NCBI GenBank assembly: GCA_965203275.1
Contig: OZ241865.1
Span: 1,760,001-1,824,000, forward strand
Length of the DNA stretch: 64,000 bases
Source of the DNA: Bdellovibrionales bacterium
GTDB taxonomy: Bacteria > Bdellovibrionota > Bdellovibrionia > Bdellovibrionales > JAUICD01
Reading direction: 5' to 3'
How positions within the stretch are numbered: the first letter of the stretch is position 1; the number at the start of each line of letters is the position of its first letter. A program made the translations under genes and the position numbers. Positions 1-10,414 of the stretch are shown here, one piece after another. The notes beneath the pieces were generated by a model. It worked only from the letters and a program-made list of their open reading frames with translations, was not told the origin of the DNA and searched no databases.

Positions 1-83
1 GGGGCTATATTTTGCCCTTGTGCATGCCCTTGAGTTAATAGAAATATTTGTAAAATAAAGAAAATTCTTAAAAAGCATTTCAT
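1..83 (-). CDS. 5' end of an exported protein (partial, runs off window)
   Basis: ATG at 83 on the minus strand reads MKCFLRIFFILQIFLLTQGHAQGQNIAP, a typical Sec signal peptide; not in the ORF track. Confidence 0.55.
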   Translation of the reverse strand, partial: MKCFLRIFFILQIFLLTQGHAQGQNIA

Positions 84-506
84 ATTTGAGTACCTTCTTT
101 GACATGAATGTTTATTTTAAACTAAAAATCTTTCTTGATTAAAATAATGATATAGACTTATATATTGAAAACAAAATAAAAATTCATATATTTAAAATTA
201 AAATTTGTTATTGAAATTTAATTATTGAAGTTTTATAGATATAAATGCTAAATAACCACACAATAAGCCTATTTATATGAAAACTTCACAGAAAAAAGAA
301 AATATAGTTTCAGGGCTTATTTTTATTGCAGTGTGTTATTTTTGTATTCACAAAGCTGTTTTGTTCAGATAAATATATTATTCATTTTGTAGAATGAATA
401 GCCATTTCAAATGAAATGTGTCAGTTATGGTTGTTTTTTCACTGAGCTGAAACAACCTGATGATGGGTTAAGAGATATGATAAGGAGTTGATAAACATTA
501 AAAAGC

Positions 507-995
507 ATGAAAGCACGTCAGATACCTCCTCAATATTTACCTCAATGTTGGCTGATGAAGTCAGAACCCGGCAATTATTCCATTGATGATCTCAAAAAGG
601 ATAAAACTTGCTTATGGGATGGGGTTCGCAATTATCAAGCACGCAACTTTATGATGAAAGACATGCAGAAAGGAGATCGTGTTTTATTTTACCACTCTAA
701 TACTAAGCCCCCTGCCATTGTTGGATTAGCTCAAATAGTTTCAAAGCATGCTATCCCTGATCCCACACAGTTCGACCCTCAAAGCCAATATTTTGATGCA
801 AAGGCTACAGAAGAAAAACCTATTTGGTACTGTGTTCGAGTGCAATTTCAAAAAAAACTGCAAAAACCTATTTTACTCTCTGACATGAAATCTCATAAAG
901 GATTAAAAAATCTTTGGGTTATTAAAAAAGGCATGAGGTTATCAATACAACCTGTCAGTAAAAAAGACTATCAAACCCTGCTGGCTTTATGTTAA
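507..995 (+). CDS. EVE domain-containing protein
   Basis: WLMKSEP, WDGVRNYQARNFM, GDRVLFYHS and RLSIQPV motifs of the EVE/THYN1 family. Confidence 0.93.
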   Translation: MKARQIPPQYLPQCWLMKSEPGNYSIDDLKKDKTCLWDGVRNYQARNFMMKDMQKGDRVLFYHSNTKPPAIVGLAQIVSKHAIPDPTQFDPQSQYFDAKATEEKPIWYCVRVQFQKKLQKPILLSDMKSHKGLKNLWVIKKGMRLSIQPVSKKDYQTLLALC

Positions 996-1262
996 AGCAG
1001 ACTAGAGGAAAGCGACGTTATTTTCTTAACAGACGATAAAATAATCGGGCCACGATGGGCCGTGCCTCACTGGTTTCAAAAGGGATGTTTGTCTTTAATC
1101 GGTGGAGAGAAAGGTCGTGGCAAATCGACTTTTGTTATTAACTTAATCGTAAGGAATTCAAATAATCCTAGAAAGAGAAGCCGAAAACAAAGAATTAAAC
1201 ACTTCTGTTATCAAGAAACTGGCAATAGCTCGTGGAGTTTCTACTTATCATCTAAGATATAA
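996..1262 (+). pseudogene. Fragment of an AAA_25/RepA-like P-loop ATPase
   Basis: Open frame reads PRWAVPHWFQKGCLSLIGGEKGRGKSTFVINL (Walker A), then degenerates; no Walker B. Confidence 0.5.
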
Positions 1263-1621
1263 ATTAGACTGGAAAAGTTTAGGCTATTATGAGGAGAGAG
1301 TGGGATTTGGTGATCAATTCAGATTAATACTCAAAAAAGAGCTAATTAGCTAATATCCAAATATGATATGCCAGACCTGCCGGACCTGGGAAAATGATCA
1401 AAATATATGATTCTCTAATATATATTAATATGAATAACTGCAATAGGTTAGAGAAAAGTGACGTTTTACGTCAAGGTATGTAAGGTATTCCTATTTATTC
1501 CGGCCTATCAGTACCAAAGTGCCATGTGTTGCATTGTGTCGAGGCGTTTGACATACCTTAGTCTATTTGGTATAATTAATGTATGTTTATATAGGATTAA
1601 CTAATTTAACCAGGATGGTTT

Positions 1622-1963
1622 ATGATCGCTGATAATGAAGAGCTAACTATTCCGACGAAGTGTCTGTAAAAAACTTAGGTTTCGATTCAATAAAGCTTTT
1701 TTTAGATGGTGATGATAAAGTAAGTGGTGAGGAACTGCAAAAAGTAATTGGTGAGTGCGTTAGGGGACTTCTTTTATCTTTTAGTCAAAATAAAAGAACT
1801 TCAGGCCTTAAAAGGAGTGAGAGATATAACGGATGATAATAACGTGAGATTTTTAGGGCAAGAGATAATAGAGTTATTTTTAGCTGGTAAAGTTGACAAT
1901 AAAGATATGCAAAAAAAAATTGGAAAAATAGTAAATGAGATTTTAAATCAAAAAACTATATGA
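1622..1963 (+). pseudogene. Probable frameshifted hypothetical gene
   Basis: Protein-like text continues across frames from ATG 1622 into the 71-aa ORF 1748..1963. Confidence 0.3.
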
Positions 1964-2286
1964 GGTGAGTATTATGAAAAAATATATTAGAAAATATTTA
2001 AGGCCTATTTTATTAGATAAGACCTTTTTTCTTTGGTCTTTTCTTAAGGTCATATTCGATGACATAAATCAATCAATATTTGATAAGTTAGAGAAGACTC
2101 TCATAACTTTTTTCTTTCCTTTTATTAAGACATAACCTCTTTTTCTTTAATTGTGGAAAATTCCACTAAACCTATTTATTCAATATACCGATATAGATTC
2201 TAGCAGTCCAGTCCATGCCTTAAATTCACAGCTTGCCTGATAAATAAGAACATGGATGCATGAAAAATAAAACCTAGGAGGATATT

Positions 2287-2640
2287 ATGAGTGACAATCA
2301 ATCAATGCATATAGAGGATACTCCAAAGAATGGAGATTCGGCAGGACATAGACAAATATCACAAAAAAATACGGATGAAAAAATTTTTTCACAAAAAGAA
2401 GTCTTAAATTTTTCTTATGGAATTTTAAGCAATCTTCTTCTTCTTCTTGTAGTTGGTGTAGTTAGCGTTGCAGGAAGTTTGTTTTTTATCGGCAACATGT
2501 TTACTGCTCCTATTAAAGAGGAAATAACTGAAATTAAAGTGCAAATAAATGGAATTGAAACAAAGATTGATAATATGGCTGAACAAAACAAAAAATTTCA
2601 AGAGGATGCAATGGCAATTATTGAAGCTTCAAATAATTGA
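2287..2640 (+). CDS. Small single-TM protein with C-terminal coiled coil
   Basis: Strong RBS aggagg; hydrophobic helix LLLLLVVGVVSVAGSLFFIG followed by heptads IKEEITEIKVQINGIETKIDNM. Confidence 0.75.
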   Translation: MSDNQSMHIEDTPKNGDSAGHRQISQKNTDEKIFSQKEVLNFSYGILSNLLLLLVVGVVSVAGSLFFIGNMFTAPIKEEITEIKVQINGIETKIDNMAEQNKKFQEDAMAIIEASNN

Positions 2641-2686
2641 CTTTATAAGTGGATATGAAAACTAAAGTTTCCATGATTCCATATTA

Positions 2687-2716
2687 AAAGAGGCCACTTG
2701 TGGTCTCTTTTTTTTT
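2687..2716 (+). terminator. Rho-independent terminator
   Basis: aaaagaggcca-cttg-tggtctctttt hairpin with long T run, between convergent genes. Confidence 0.7.
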
Positions 2717-2842
2717 AAAGTTTCATAACATCCATACCACATATAAGTATAAACTTCCACGGTTTAAAAGAGGGCTATTTAGGTGCTGTGCAAATTTCTT
2801 TTAAGATATTAGCTTCTGATTGTTTTTAAGGTGTTCTTTTGT

Positions 2843-3865
2843 CTACTTTTGTCTAAAAGATAATCCGCTATGTGAAATGGTCTTTGCAATCAAGCTTGTG
2901 GGGCTATGTTTTTTCACATCTGAAAGGGGTACCCATTTTGGGGCATCTGTTTTATTTAGTTTTTCTTGAAAATTTTTTGAAGGTAAAGGATGTATTCGCA
3001 CATAAATATTATGATGAGTAATGGTATGTTTAAAATCAAATTTTTCAGGAGCTGTTTTTACTTTTTTCATGGGACCAGGCCATATCCATTGATTTTTTAA
3101 GAAGCTCTTTTGATGATTTTTCACTAATAATACTTTGCCTTTTTGCATACAAATTGATGGCCTCCAAAGCCATGGCTCAAGTTTTCGCCTTAGCCGAACC
3201 AACGGCAGTTTTTGTGCTTGACCTGATTGATAGGCTTTGCATTTTTTCCTTACAGGGCAGGATGGACAAATAGGGGATTGAGGTAAACAGACAGTAGCTC
3301 CTATTTCTATCAAGGCTTGGTTGATGTCGGCAACATGGCCATCATTAGCATACTGATCAGCAATAACTTGGAAAACCTTACGTCCTTGGCTGGTCCACCA
3401 TTTTTCTTTGATCAAATGGCATCGAGATAAAAAACGAATCACATTGCCATCTAAAACACCTGTCTTTTGACCAAAGGCAAAGCTGGCAATGGCTCTAGCT
3501 GTATATGGGCCAATTCCTGGTAGAGTAATAAGTTTCTGCCAAGTTTGAGGAAATTTTCCATTGTATTTTTGGTAAATGATTTGAGCTGTTTTATGTATAT
3601 TTTTAGCCCTTTGATAATAACCCAAGCCACTCCAAGATTCTAATATCTCGCCTTCTTGAGCTAAGGCCAGGTATTTTAAAGAGGGAAATCTTTTTAAAAA
3701 AGCTTTATAATAAGGTATGACAGCAACAGAAGTCGTTTGTTGCAACATCACTTCAGCAATCCATATTCTATAAGGGTGTAAAGATTTGTTATAAGGGAGC
3801 TTTCTCCAAGGAAGCTCGCGTTTGTTCTGCCAATACCAATCTAAAAGCAAGGTTTTCTGTATCAT
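2843..3865 (-). CDS. mutY: A/G-specific adenine DNA glycosylase
   Basis: WIAEVMLQQT, WSGLGYYQRA, HhH LPGIGPYTA, DGNVIR and Fe-S motif CxxxxPxCxxCPxxxxC. Confidence 0.95.
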   Translation of the reverse strand: MIQKTLLLDWYWQNKRELPWRKLPYNKSLHPYRIWIAEVMLQQTTSVAVIPYYKAFLKRFPSLKYLALAQEGEILESWSGLGYYQRAKNIHKTAQIIYQKYNGKFPQTWQKLITLPGIGPYTARAIASFAFGQKTGVLDGNVIRFLSRCHLIKEKWWTSQGRKVFQVIADQYANDGHVADINQALIEIGATVCLPQSPICPSCPVRKKCKAYQSGQAQKLPLVRLRRKLEPWLWRPSICMQKGKVLLVKNHQKSFLKNQWIWPGPMKKVKTAPEKFDFKHTITHHNIYVRIHPLPSKNFQEKLNKTDAPKWVPLSDVKKHSPTSLIAKTISHSGLSFRQK

Positions 3866-4094
3866 TTTGGTTCAATCCTTTCGCTCTAAACGCAAATCAT
3901 CTAAAAAATAAAGATTTTTTACCAATATCTTAAATAAATTCATATAGTTCAAGCTGATCCAGTCTTCAACATAATAAAAAACATACCTTATAAGCATTTT
4001 TAAATACAAACGAAAGTATGGTTTTTTTCTAAAAAATGCGAAATACATAAAAAAACCTAAGCTTTTATACCCAATAAGACGATAGAGATATGAA

Positions 4095-5804
4095 GTGTAT
4101 ACACTCTATCAATCAAACCATTTATTAATATTTAATATTATTAATAGGATTCTTATAATGAAATTTTCAAATGCAGGAGCTATATGTATAGGAATTTGCT
4201 TTTTATTTACAGATATCCAAGCACAAGATGTTTCAGTTGATAGGATACAAAGACAAATCAACACCAACCAAGTACAGATAGATCGACTCAACGAAGATAT
4301 AGGCCGTCAGGCAGAATCACTTATGAAAGCAAGAGATGGAACTTCTATCCTGTTTACTAGTTGTATGAGACGTTGTGATAGTCATACTGATAGCTTTTGG
4401 AATCGATTGAGAAGAAGAGGTTCAAGTTGTAAAAATAATTGTCGAAAAGAAAGACGTGAACAAATAACTCAATTAGAAGAATCTCTTAAAAAAGCCAGAG
4501 AAGATCTCGCACAATTTCAAGATCAAAAGAACACATTAGAAGTTCAGCTGAGGACTCATCAGCGACTCGTTCAATGCCGTCAAAGACAACAAGAACTTGC
4601 AAATATTCAAGCAATTCTCAATGCAGAAGAAATGAAAATCAACCAAGAAATTGATTATAACGAAGGTCCATCCCAATGTCATGCAGGAAACTCATGGTTT
4701 CAGGCACAAATTCCTGCCTCTCACGATGAGGCAGATTTTGATCAAAGCCTTGATCGTAGGTGTACCTATCGTATTTTAAAGGACTATACAAGGTGTGATA
4801 CAAAACGGCAATGCTATGTCAAATGTGATGGCAGACCACCAGAAAATGACACTAGACCAGAATACACATCTACACCCCCCTGTGTATCAAGACGCTTTCA
4901 TAATTATGTACACAATACCATTACAGAGATATCTTCTTGTCTTCAATTAGACCCTAAAATTTTGTTTTCCCTTTTCCTTAATGAAAGTGGGGTACATCCT
5001 TTAAGAAGAAGTCACACAAATGCAGTGGGGGCAGGACAGATGACAAGTGTTTTTATTGAAGATATTGGTAGTATCCGATGTAGCAGAAGAGTAAATAATC
5101 AATGTGTTGACACAAAACCCAGTTTGTTTGATGAATATATAAATGAAACATTGCCAGCTCTCAGTAAAAATCCACTCACAGGCAGTGCCTGTCAGTCTGT
5201 TTTAAACAAGGTGAGTAGCTTTGGGAAAGTAAAAACCATCCCTGCTGCCTGTCAAAGAACAAATCACTATATGAATGTGTATTATTCAGCTATTCATTTG
5301 ATTCGTTCAATGGATTTCATTATCCCTAAAGTCTTAAGAAGTAGAGGAAAAAGAAATATGCCTATACCAGAGAACAGCTCCTTTCGACATGCTCTTGGGT
5401 CTGGATTATTGGGTGAAGATTCTCGCAAAACCATAGAAAACTTAGCTAAATTTCAAGCAATAGATGTTAATGATCGCAATATCATTATAGAAGCTTCATT
5501 GTACTCACATATTATGCCTGTTACTCGTTACATGTTTTCTGAATACATTAATAATGAAGGGCTTCCTCAGAGATTTAAGGATTTTACTGGTACTCAAGGA
5601 GGATGGGTTTCTTTTTTAAAAACACGTAGAGATCGTATATCTTCTCAGGAGGCGATACAAAACCAAGTCATACAATATATATATCGGCCCAATGCAAGGT
5701 CTGGTTCTTCTGGAATGATGAAAGAAAAAATGAATAAGGTAGAAGAGGCTAACGAAGATTTATTCAGAGAAAAAATTAGCTGTCGACCTTATTATGATAC
5801 TTAA
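4095..5804 (+). CDS. Secreted coiled-coil protein with lytic transglycosylase (SLT)-like domain; likely start ATG 4158
   Basis: Signal peptide, N-terminal coiled coil, LDPKILFSLFLNESG...SHTNAVGAGQMT resembling SLT ES and GLMQ motifs. Confidence 0.65.
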   Translation: MYTLYQSNHLLIFNIINRILIMKFSNAGAICIGICFLFTDIQAQDVSVDRIQRQINTNQVQIDRLNEDIGRQAESLMKARDGTSILFTSCMRRCDSHTDSFWNRLRRRGSSCKNNCRKERREQITQLEESLKKAREDLAQFQDQKNTLEVQLRTHQRLVQCRQRQQELANIQAILNAEEMKINQEIDYNEGPSQCHAGNSWFQAQIPASHDEADFDQSLDRRCTYRILKDYTRCDTKRQCYVKCDGRPPENDTRPEYTSTPPCVSRRFHNYVHNTITEISSCLQLDPKILFSLFLNESGVHPLRRSHTNAVGAGQMTSVFIEDIGSIRCSRRVNNQCVDTKPSLFDEYINETLPALSKNPLTGSACQSVLNKVSSFGKVKTIPAACQRTNHYMNVYYSAIHLIRSMDFIIPKVLRSRGKRNMPIPENSSFRHALGSGLLGEDSRKTIENLAKFQAIDVNDRNIIIEASLYSHIMPVTRYMFSEYINNEGLPQRFKDFTGTQGGWVSFLKTRRDRISSQEAIQNQVIQYIYRPNARSGSSGMMKEKMNKVEEANEDLFREKISCRPYYDT

Positions 5805-5855
5805 TTTTTTAAATTTAAAATTGACAATCCTGTAAAGATAAACTTCAATAAAATA

Positions 5856-6305
5856 ATGGAAAGAATATCTTTATTGTCTCTTCTTTTATTTATAAGTCTT
5901 ATAAGTAGCTTAACAACTTACGCAAGTGCTTACAACAACAAGTCGCTAACTACTGATATTACAAATACTTATCAAGCTCTTTTGCAAAAAAAGCAAATAA
6001 AAAATCGTGTAGGACTTGTGGACCGTCTTGTAAAAAAGGCATCCGATGAACGTAAAAAAATTCTTAAAAAAGATAAAAAAAACGACGCAGATGTTTTAAT
6101 GAGCTTTCATGTGAATATTCTCAAAGAGTTTTATGACGATATAGATAAAACAAATTCTACAACTTGTATAAGAAGTTTTAGCCGACTGAAGCATACTCTT
6201 TACCCTACCAAGTTTGAGAAAAATCAAAGAAATATGTTGCCTTTTCAAAAGTCTGTTTATAATCTTTATGGCAAGATGTGCTTGTTAGAATTTGAGACTT
6301 TGTAA
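5856..6305 (+). CDS. Hypothetical exported protein
   Basis: 149-aa ORF with signal peptide. Confidence 0.6.
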   Translation: MERISLLSLLLFISLISSLTTYASAYNNKSLTTDITNTYQALLQKKQIKNRVGLVDRLVKKASDERKKILKKDKKNDADVLMSFHVNILKEFYDDIDKTNSTTCIRSFSRLKHTLYPTKFEKNQRNMLPFQKSVYNLYGKMCLLEFETL

Positions 6306-6417
6306 TTGGCTTCATTCAAAACAGTTGAATGTTTGCTTTGCATTGTCTTTACAATACAATATTGACAATGTTTTCACAATGTGATCATTTTATATTATTA
6401 GGTACAAGGAGGTTATT

Positions 6418-7866
6418 TTGTTGTCATCACCATCATCTGAAAAAACTGAAAAAAATACAATAGACTTGCAAAAAAAAGCTACACCCACACATTTGAATCA
6501 AGCTGATCATATAAAAGAAAAGCATACCCATATTCAAGTAGGTCATTTAGACTTTCAAGTCTGCAAAAAAGCTATGGAAGATCCTGCTGAATTTCAGAAA
6601 CTAGCTGTTTGGGGGCGTAAAGAAATATCTATTGCTGAAACAGAAATGCCTGGCCTAATGGCTCTTAGAAAAGAGCTAGAACAAACACAACCTCTTAAAG
6701 GTGCTAGAATAACTGGATGCCTTCACACAACCATTCAAACAGCCGTCCTTATTGAAACCTTAACAGCATTAGGGGCTCAAGTGAGGTGGTCGTCTTGTAA
6801 TATATTCTCAACCCAAGACCATGCAGCTGTAGCTTTGGCTGCTACAGGTATTCCTGTCTTTGCATGGAAGGGTGAGACAGAGGAGGAATATCATTGGTGT
6901 ATCCAACAAACTGTTGAAGGATGGGGTAATGAAGGTTTTAATCTCATACTAGACGATGGAGGTGATCTTACATCTTTTGTTCATCAAGACACATACAAGC
7001 ATCTCATTTCTCAAATTATTGGTATTTCAGAAGAAACCACTACAGGTGTTCAACAAGCTTTAAAAAAAATAAAAGAGGGTCATTTCAAATTACCTGTCAT
7101 TGATGTCAACACTTCTGTCACAAAGTCTAAGTTTGATAATCTTTATGGTTGTCGAGAATCTTTAGCTGATGGCATTAAACGGGCTACAGATGTGATGATT
7201 GCAGGTAAGGTCGTCCTTGTTGCAGGTTATGGGGCTGTAGGTAAAGGGTGTGCCTCTAGTATGAGATCGCTAGGTGCTAGAGTTCTCATCACAGAATGTG
7301 ATCCTATTTGTGCCTTGCAAGCTAGTATGGAAGGTTTTGAAGTAGTGGATATGAATGCAGTTGTCCATCAAGTAGATATTTTTGTCACAGCTACCGGTTG
7401 TTGTGATATCATTACAGGTCAACATTTTGAAAAAATGAAACAAAATGCCATTGTTTGTAATATTGGACACTTTGATACAGAAATTGACATGAAGTGGCTG
7501 AATGAAAATTCTCAAAAAGAAGTTATTAAAGATCAAGTCGATCATCATACTCTTAAAAGTGGACAGAAAATTATTGTACTAGCAGAAGGTCGGCTTGTGA
7601 ATTTAGGTTGTGGGACAGGTCATCCTTCTTTTGTGATGAGTCACTCTTTTTGCAATCAAGTGATGGCACAGATCGAGCTTTTTGGAAACCAAGACAAATA
7701 TAAAAAAGTAAATATTTACACCTTACCTAAGTCCACTGATGAAAAGATTGCCCGGCTACATCTTAAAAAATTAGGTGTCTATCTGACACAGCTCACACCT
7801 CAACAGGCAAAATACTTAGGCCTATCTCCTCATGGTCCTTTCAAATCAGATAGCTATAAATACTAA
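6418..7866 (+). CDS. ahcY: Adenosylhomocysteinase (SAH hydrolase)
   Basis: [62 protein letters not shown]. Confidence 0.97.
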   Translation: MLSSPSSEKTEKNTIDLQKKATPTHLNQADHIKEKHTHIQVGHLDFQVCKKAMEDPAEFQKLAVWGRKEISIAETEMPGLMALRKELEQTQPLKGARITGCLHTTIQTAVLIETLTALGAQVRWSSCNIFSTQDHAAVALAATGIPVFAWKGETEEEYHWCIQQTVEGWGNEGFNLILDDGGDLTSFVHQDTYKHLISQIIGISEETTTGVQQALKKIKEGHFKLPVIDVNTSVTKSKFDNLYGCRESLADGIKRATDVMIAGKVVLVAGYGAVGKGCASSMRSLGARVLITECDPICALQASMEGFEVVDMNAVVHQVDIFVTATGCCDIITGQHFEKMKQNAIVCNIGHFDTEIDMKWLNENSQKEVIKDQVDHHTLKSGQKIIVLAEGRLVNLGCGTGHPSFVMSHSFCNQVMAQIELFGNQDKYKKVNIYTLPKSTDEKIARLHLKKLGVYLTQLTPQQAKYLGLSPHGPFKSDSYKY

Positions 7867-7966
7867 AGTGTGTTGATAAAGTGATCCTTGTGTAAAATTT
7901 TGTTTATAGAGTGATAGTTATTCTAAATGATCACTTAAGATGATCATCAACTGTTAAAGCCAACGA

Positions 7967-8194
7967 ATGAAAAATTTAAAAAAAACACTACATTCTCGAA
8001 AATCATTATTTATAGGACTAGGCTTTGAGATAACAGGGATGGTCTTAGCAGGTTTCTTTTTAGGTCAAAGCATTGGTCAACTTCTAGGACATCAGGATTT
8101 AGGTGCAGCCATTGGTTGCTTCGCCGGCTTTATTATTTGGCTCTTACATGTTTTGTTTTTAATCTATCCCCGATCTCATCAAAACAAAAAGTAG
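7967..8194 (+). CDS. AtpZ/AtpI-like small membrane protein
   Basis: Two TM helices with pattern GLGFEITGMVLAGFFLGQSIG. Confidence 0.55.
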   Translation: MKNLKKTLHSRKSLFIGLGFEITGMVLAGFFLGQSIGQLLGHQDLGAAIGCFAGFIIWLLHVLFLIYPRSHQNKK

Positions 8195-8565
8195 TCTTCA
8201 ACTTATCAGAAAGTATCCTTAAAGTGATTATTTATTAAACACAGTTATTTTTTTGACAAAAAAATTGTCTTTTGATCTGACCTTTGTTTTATTTATCAAC
8301 ACAAAAATTCTTTAAAACAGATGATGCTTTTGTCTTGTTTTACTCATAAAAATTACAGACTTCTATATCAAGAGATATTCACTTATAGATAGGATTTTGT
8401 CGACCTTATGATGTAAAAACACATAAGATGAGTCATTTTTTTTCATAGAGAGCTTAATGTGGCCTTGATCTTGCCTTTTCTATTTACAAGGAGTTTTTTA
8501 TTGAGACTCATTTTTGAGTAAAAAAATTGATAATAAATAATAATTAATAATGATGAGGTGTTACC

Positions 8566-10008
8566 ATGAAAAATATTTTACTAAGGAACTTTTTATTTGC
8601 TTTGCTTTTTTGTTTCACTTCAATAGCTTGCTCTGGATCAAAGTTAGACAGCAATAAGTCACCAAATAACTTAGAAGGTTTTGATGAAGATGTTCCGTTG
8701 ACACTAGAAAATATGGGTGATATACCAAACATGTCTTCAGACCCTACAGAAGCTTCTCAGCCTCCTTTAACCCTTGATGGACCAGCCAATGATGAAGGAG
8801 TCCCATTAACTCCTGAAGTTGAAGAAGATGTACAAGAACATGTAATTCCAAGTGTACCAGGACCTCTTCCTGTCACTTCACAACAACCCACATCTGATTG
8901 TCATAACAACAATAATGTGTCTGCTTCTGCAAAAATCTTATTTGTTGTGGATAAATCACGATGGCAAAATTATAAATACGATCCTGTTGGACAAACACGT
9001 CTTCATTATATACGTAATTATTATCAAGAAAGAGAAAATAGTGGTTGGTCATGGGGACTTATTGCCTTCCATAGTATAAATAGAGCATACCCTCTTATCC
9101 GCCATCCTAGAAAGGGAAATCAACCTGTATTCACTGCTAATAACAATACCTTCCGTCAAGCACTTAATGTATTAGCTAACATCCCTGATGAAGATCCTGA
9201 AGATGCAACAAGAGATCCTCAGCGTGTGGGTACACAATATGGTTATTCAAAAGCATTGAATTTAGTAAAGGATACCATCAAACACGACCTGGAAAACGAT
9301 ATACAACATAACTCTAATTATTATGTGTACTTCATTGCTGGAGCTAGACCTAGAGGAGACTTAGAACATAGATATGAAGATAGAATTTTTAGAAAAGTCA
9401 GAGAAATTGTAAATTTAAGACCAGGGAAAATTCGTTTTTCCACAGTTTATTATGGAGCTGATGTAGATACTGCTAGTCGACATCGTTACACAAGTAGAAC
9501 TGGGCCTATTTATCCTGATCGAGATGTTAAATCTGTTTTGAAGAATATGGCTAAAATAGTTCAGGGTGACTTTTTTGAATTACCCACTATCGGTGGTGGT
9601 CATTATAATACACCTTGTTCACAACAAGTGGCACCTGCACCAATTGTTCAACCTGCTGTGACACCATGTCATCAACAACTACCACAAGCAGCAGTTGTTC
9701 CATCATTTAGTCAAGCAGTTGTTCCATTTAATGATATTAATATTTCTACACCCCAACCACAGCAAGAACATGTTATTCAACCCCATGAAATTCAACATGG
9801 TACAGGATTTCATGTAGACACTGTTGAAGGTTTAACAGATGATTTATCCTCTCCTACTCAAAGTCTACCACCTTGTCAACAGCAAATCCAAGGTGAATAC
9901 AGACCATTGATAGAGCCTTCTCGTCAACTAGCTTTTAATTCTTGTAGAGAAGGTCACGCACCAGGAAGCTTCTGCCGTATGAAAGAAAAGAGGACTTTCA
10001 ATTGGTAA
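8566..10008 (+). CDS. Lipoprotein with vWA-like central domain and Pro/Gln-rich termini
   Basis: Lipobox SIAC; KILFVVDKS, YYVYFIAG and IRFSTVYYG strands typical of vWA, with a degenerate MIDAS. Confidence 0.6.
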   Translation: MKNILLRNFLFALLFCFTSIACSGSKLDSNKSPNNLEGFDEDVPLTLENMGDIPNMSSDPTEASQPPLTLDGPANDEGVPLTPEVEEDVQEHVIPSVPGPLPVTSQQPTSDCHNNNNVSASAKILFVVDKSRWQNYKYDPVGQTRLHYIRNYYQERENSGWSWGLIAFHSINRAYPLIRHPRKGNQPVFTANNNTFRQALNVLANIPDEDPEDATRDPQRVGTQYGYSKALNLVKDTIKHDLENDIQHNSNYYVYFIAGARPRGDLEHRYEDRIFRKVREIVNLRPGKIRFSTVYYGADVDTASRHRYTSRTGPIYPDRDVKSVLKNMAKIVQGDFFELPTIGGGHYNTPCSQQVAPAPIVQPAVTPCHQQLPQAAVVPSFSQAVVPFNDINISTPQPQQEHVIQPHEIQHGTGFHVDTVEGLTDDLSSPTQSLPPCQQQIQGEYRPLIEPSRQLAFNSCREGHAPGSFCRMKEKRTFNW

Positions 10009-10341
10009 CTAAATATCTTTTTGCAATTGAAATCTAATTTGCTTGATCCAAGTATGACCTATATAATTATTGATATTCTCTTTGATACTTTCTGATAAGA
10101 ACACAAACTCTTGTGTCCATGTAGAATTTTCTGACCATATAAACAACGTCCCTCTAAGATAAAATAAAGGCAAAGAATGTTTACTGATCACTTCACCTAC
10201 AATACTTTTCCAACAACGACGTAACTTCCACACTTGATAAGCGTGAGAGAAAGGCATTTTCTGACCTTCCATAAGCTTTTCTAACACATCGGTTGCAGAT
10301 AAAAGCTTAGTTTGCTTTCGAGGTCTGGGTTTTTTATTCAT
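10009..10341 (-). CDS. DUF721/DciA family protein
   Basis: WKSIVGEVISKHSLP...GTLFIWSENSTWTQEF...IKQIRF pattern. Confidence 0.8.
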   Translation of the reverse strand: MNKKPRPRKQTKLLSATDVLEKLMEGQKMPFSHAYQVWKLRRCWKSIVGEVISKHSLPLFYLRGTLFIWSENSTWTQEFVFLSESIKENINNYIGHTWIKQIRFQLQKDI

Positions 10342-10375
10342 TTGATCTGTCCTATTCTAGTTATTTTATTTTTCT

Positions 10376-10414
10376 TATCTATGCTATCTATGCTATCTAT
10401 GCTATCTATGCTAT
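10376..10414. repeat. 9-bp tandem repeat (ctatctatg, about 4 copies)
   Basis: Seen directly at the mutS stop codon, in the mutS-DUF721 spacer. Confidence 0.85.

Noticed and set aside
4109..4291. Short nested/antisense ORFs (4109, 7270, 8544, 8852, 15031, 15319, 16280, 20455, 25295, 35427, 40612, 42508, 46563, 55673, 58188, 59519, 60604)
   Set aside because: Overlap well-supported longer genes and show no recognisable motifs
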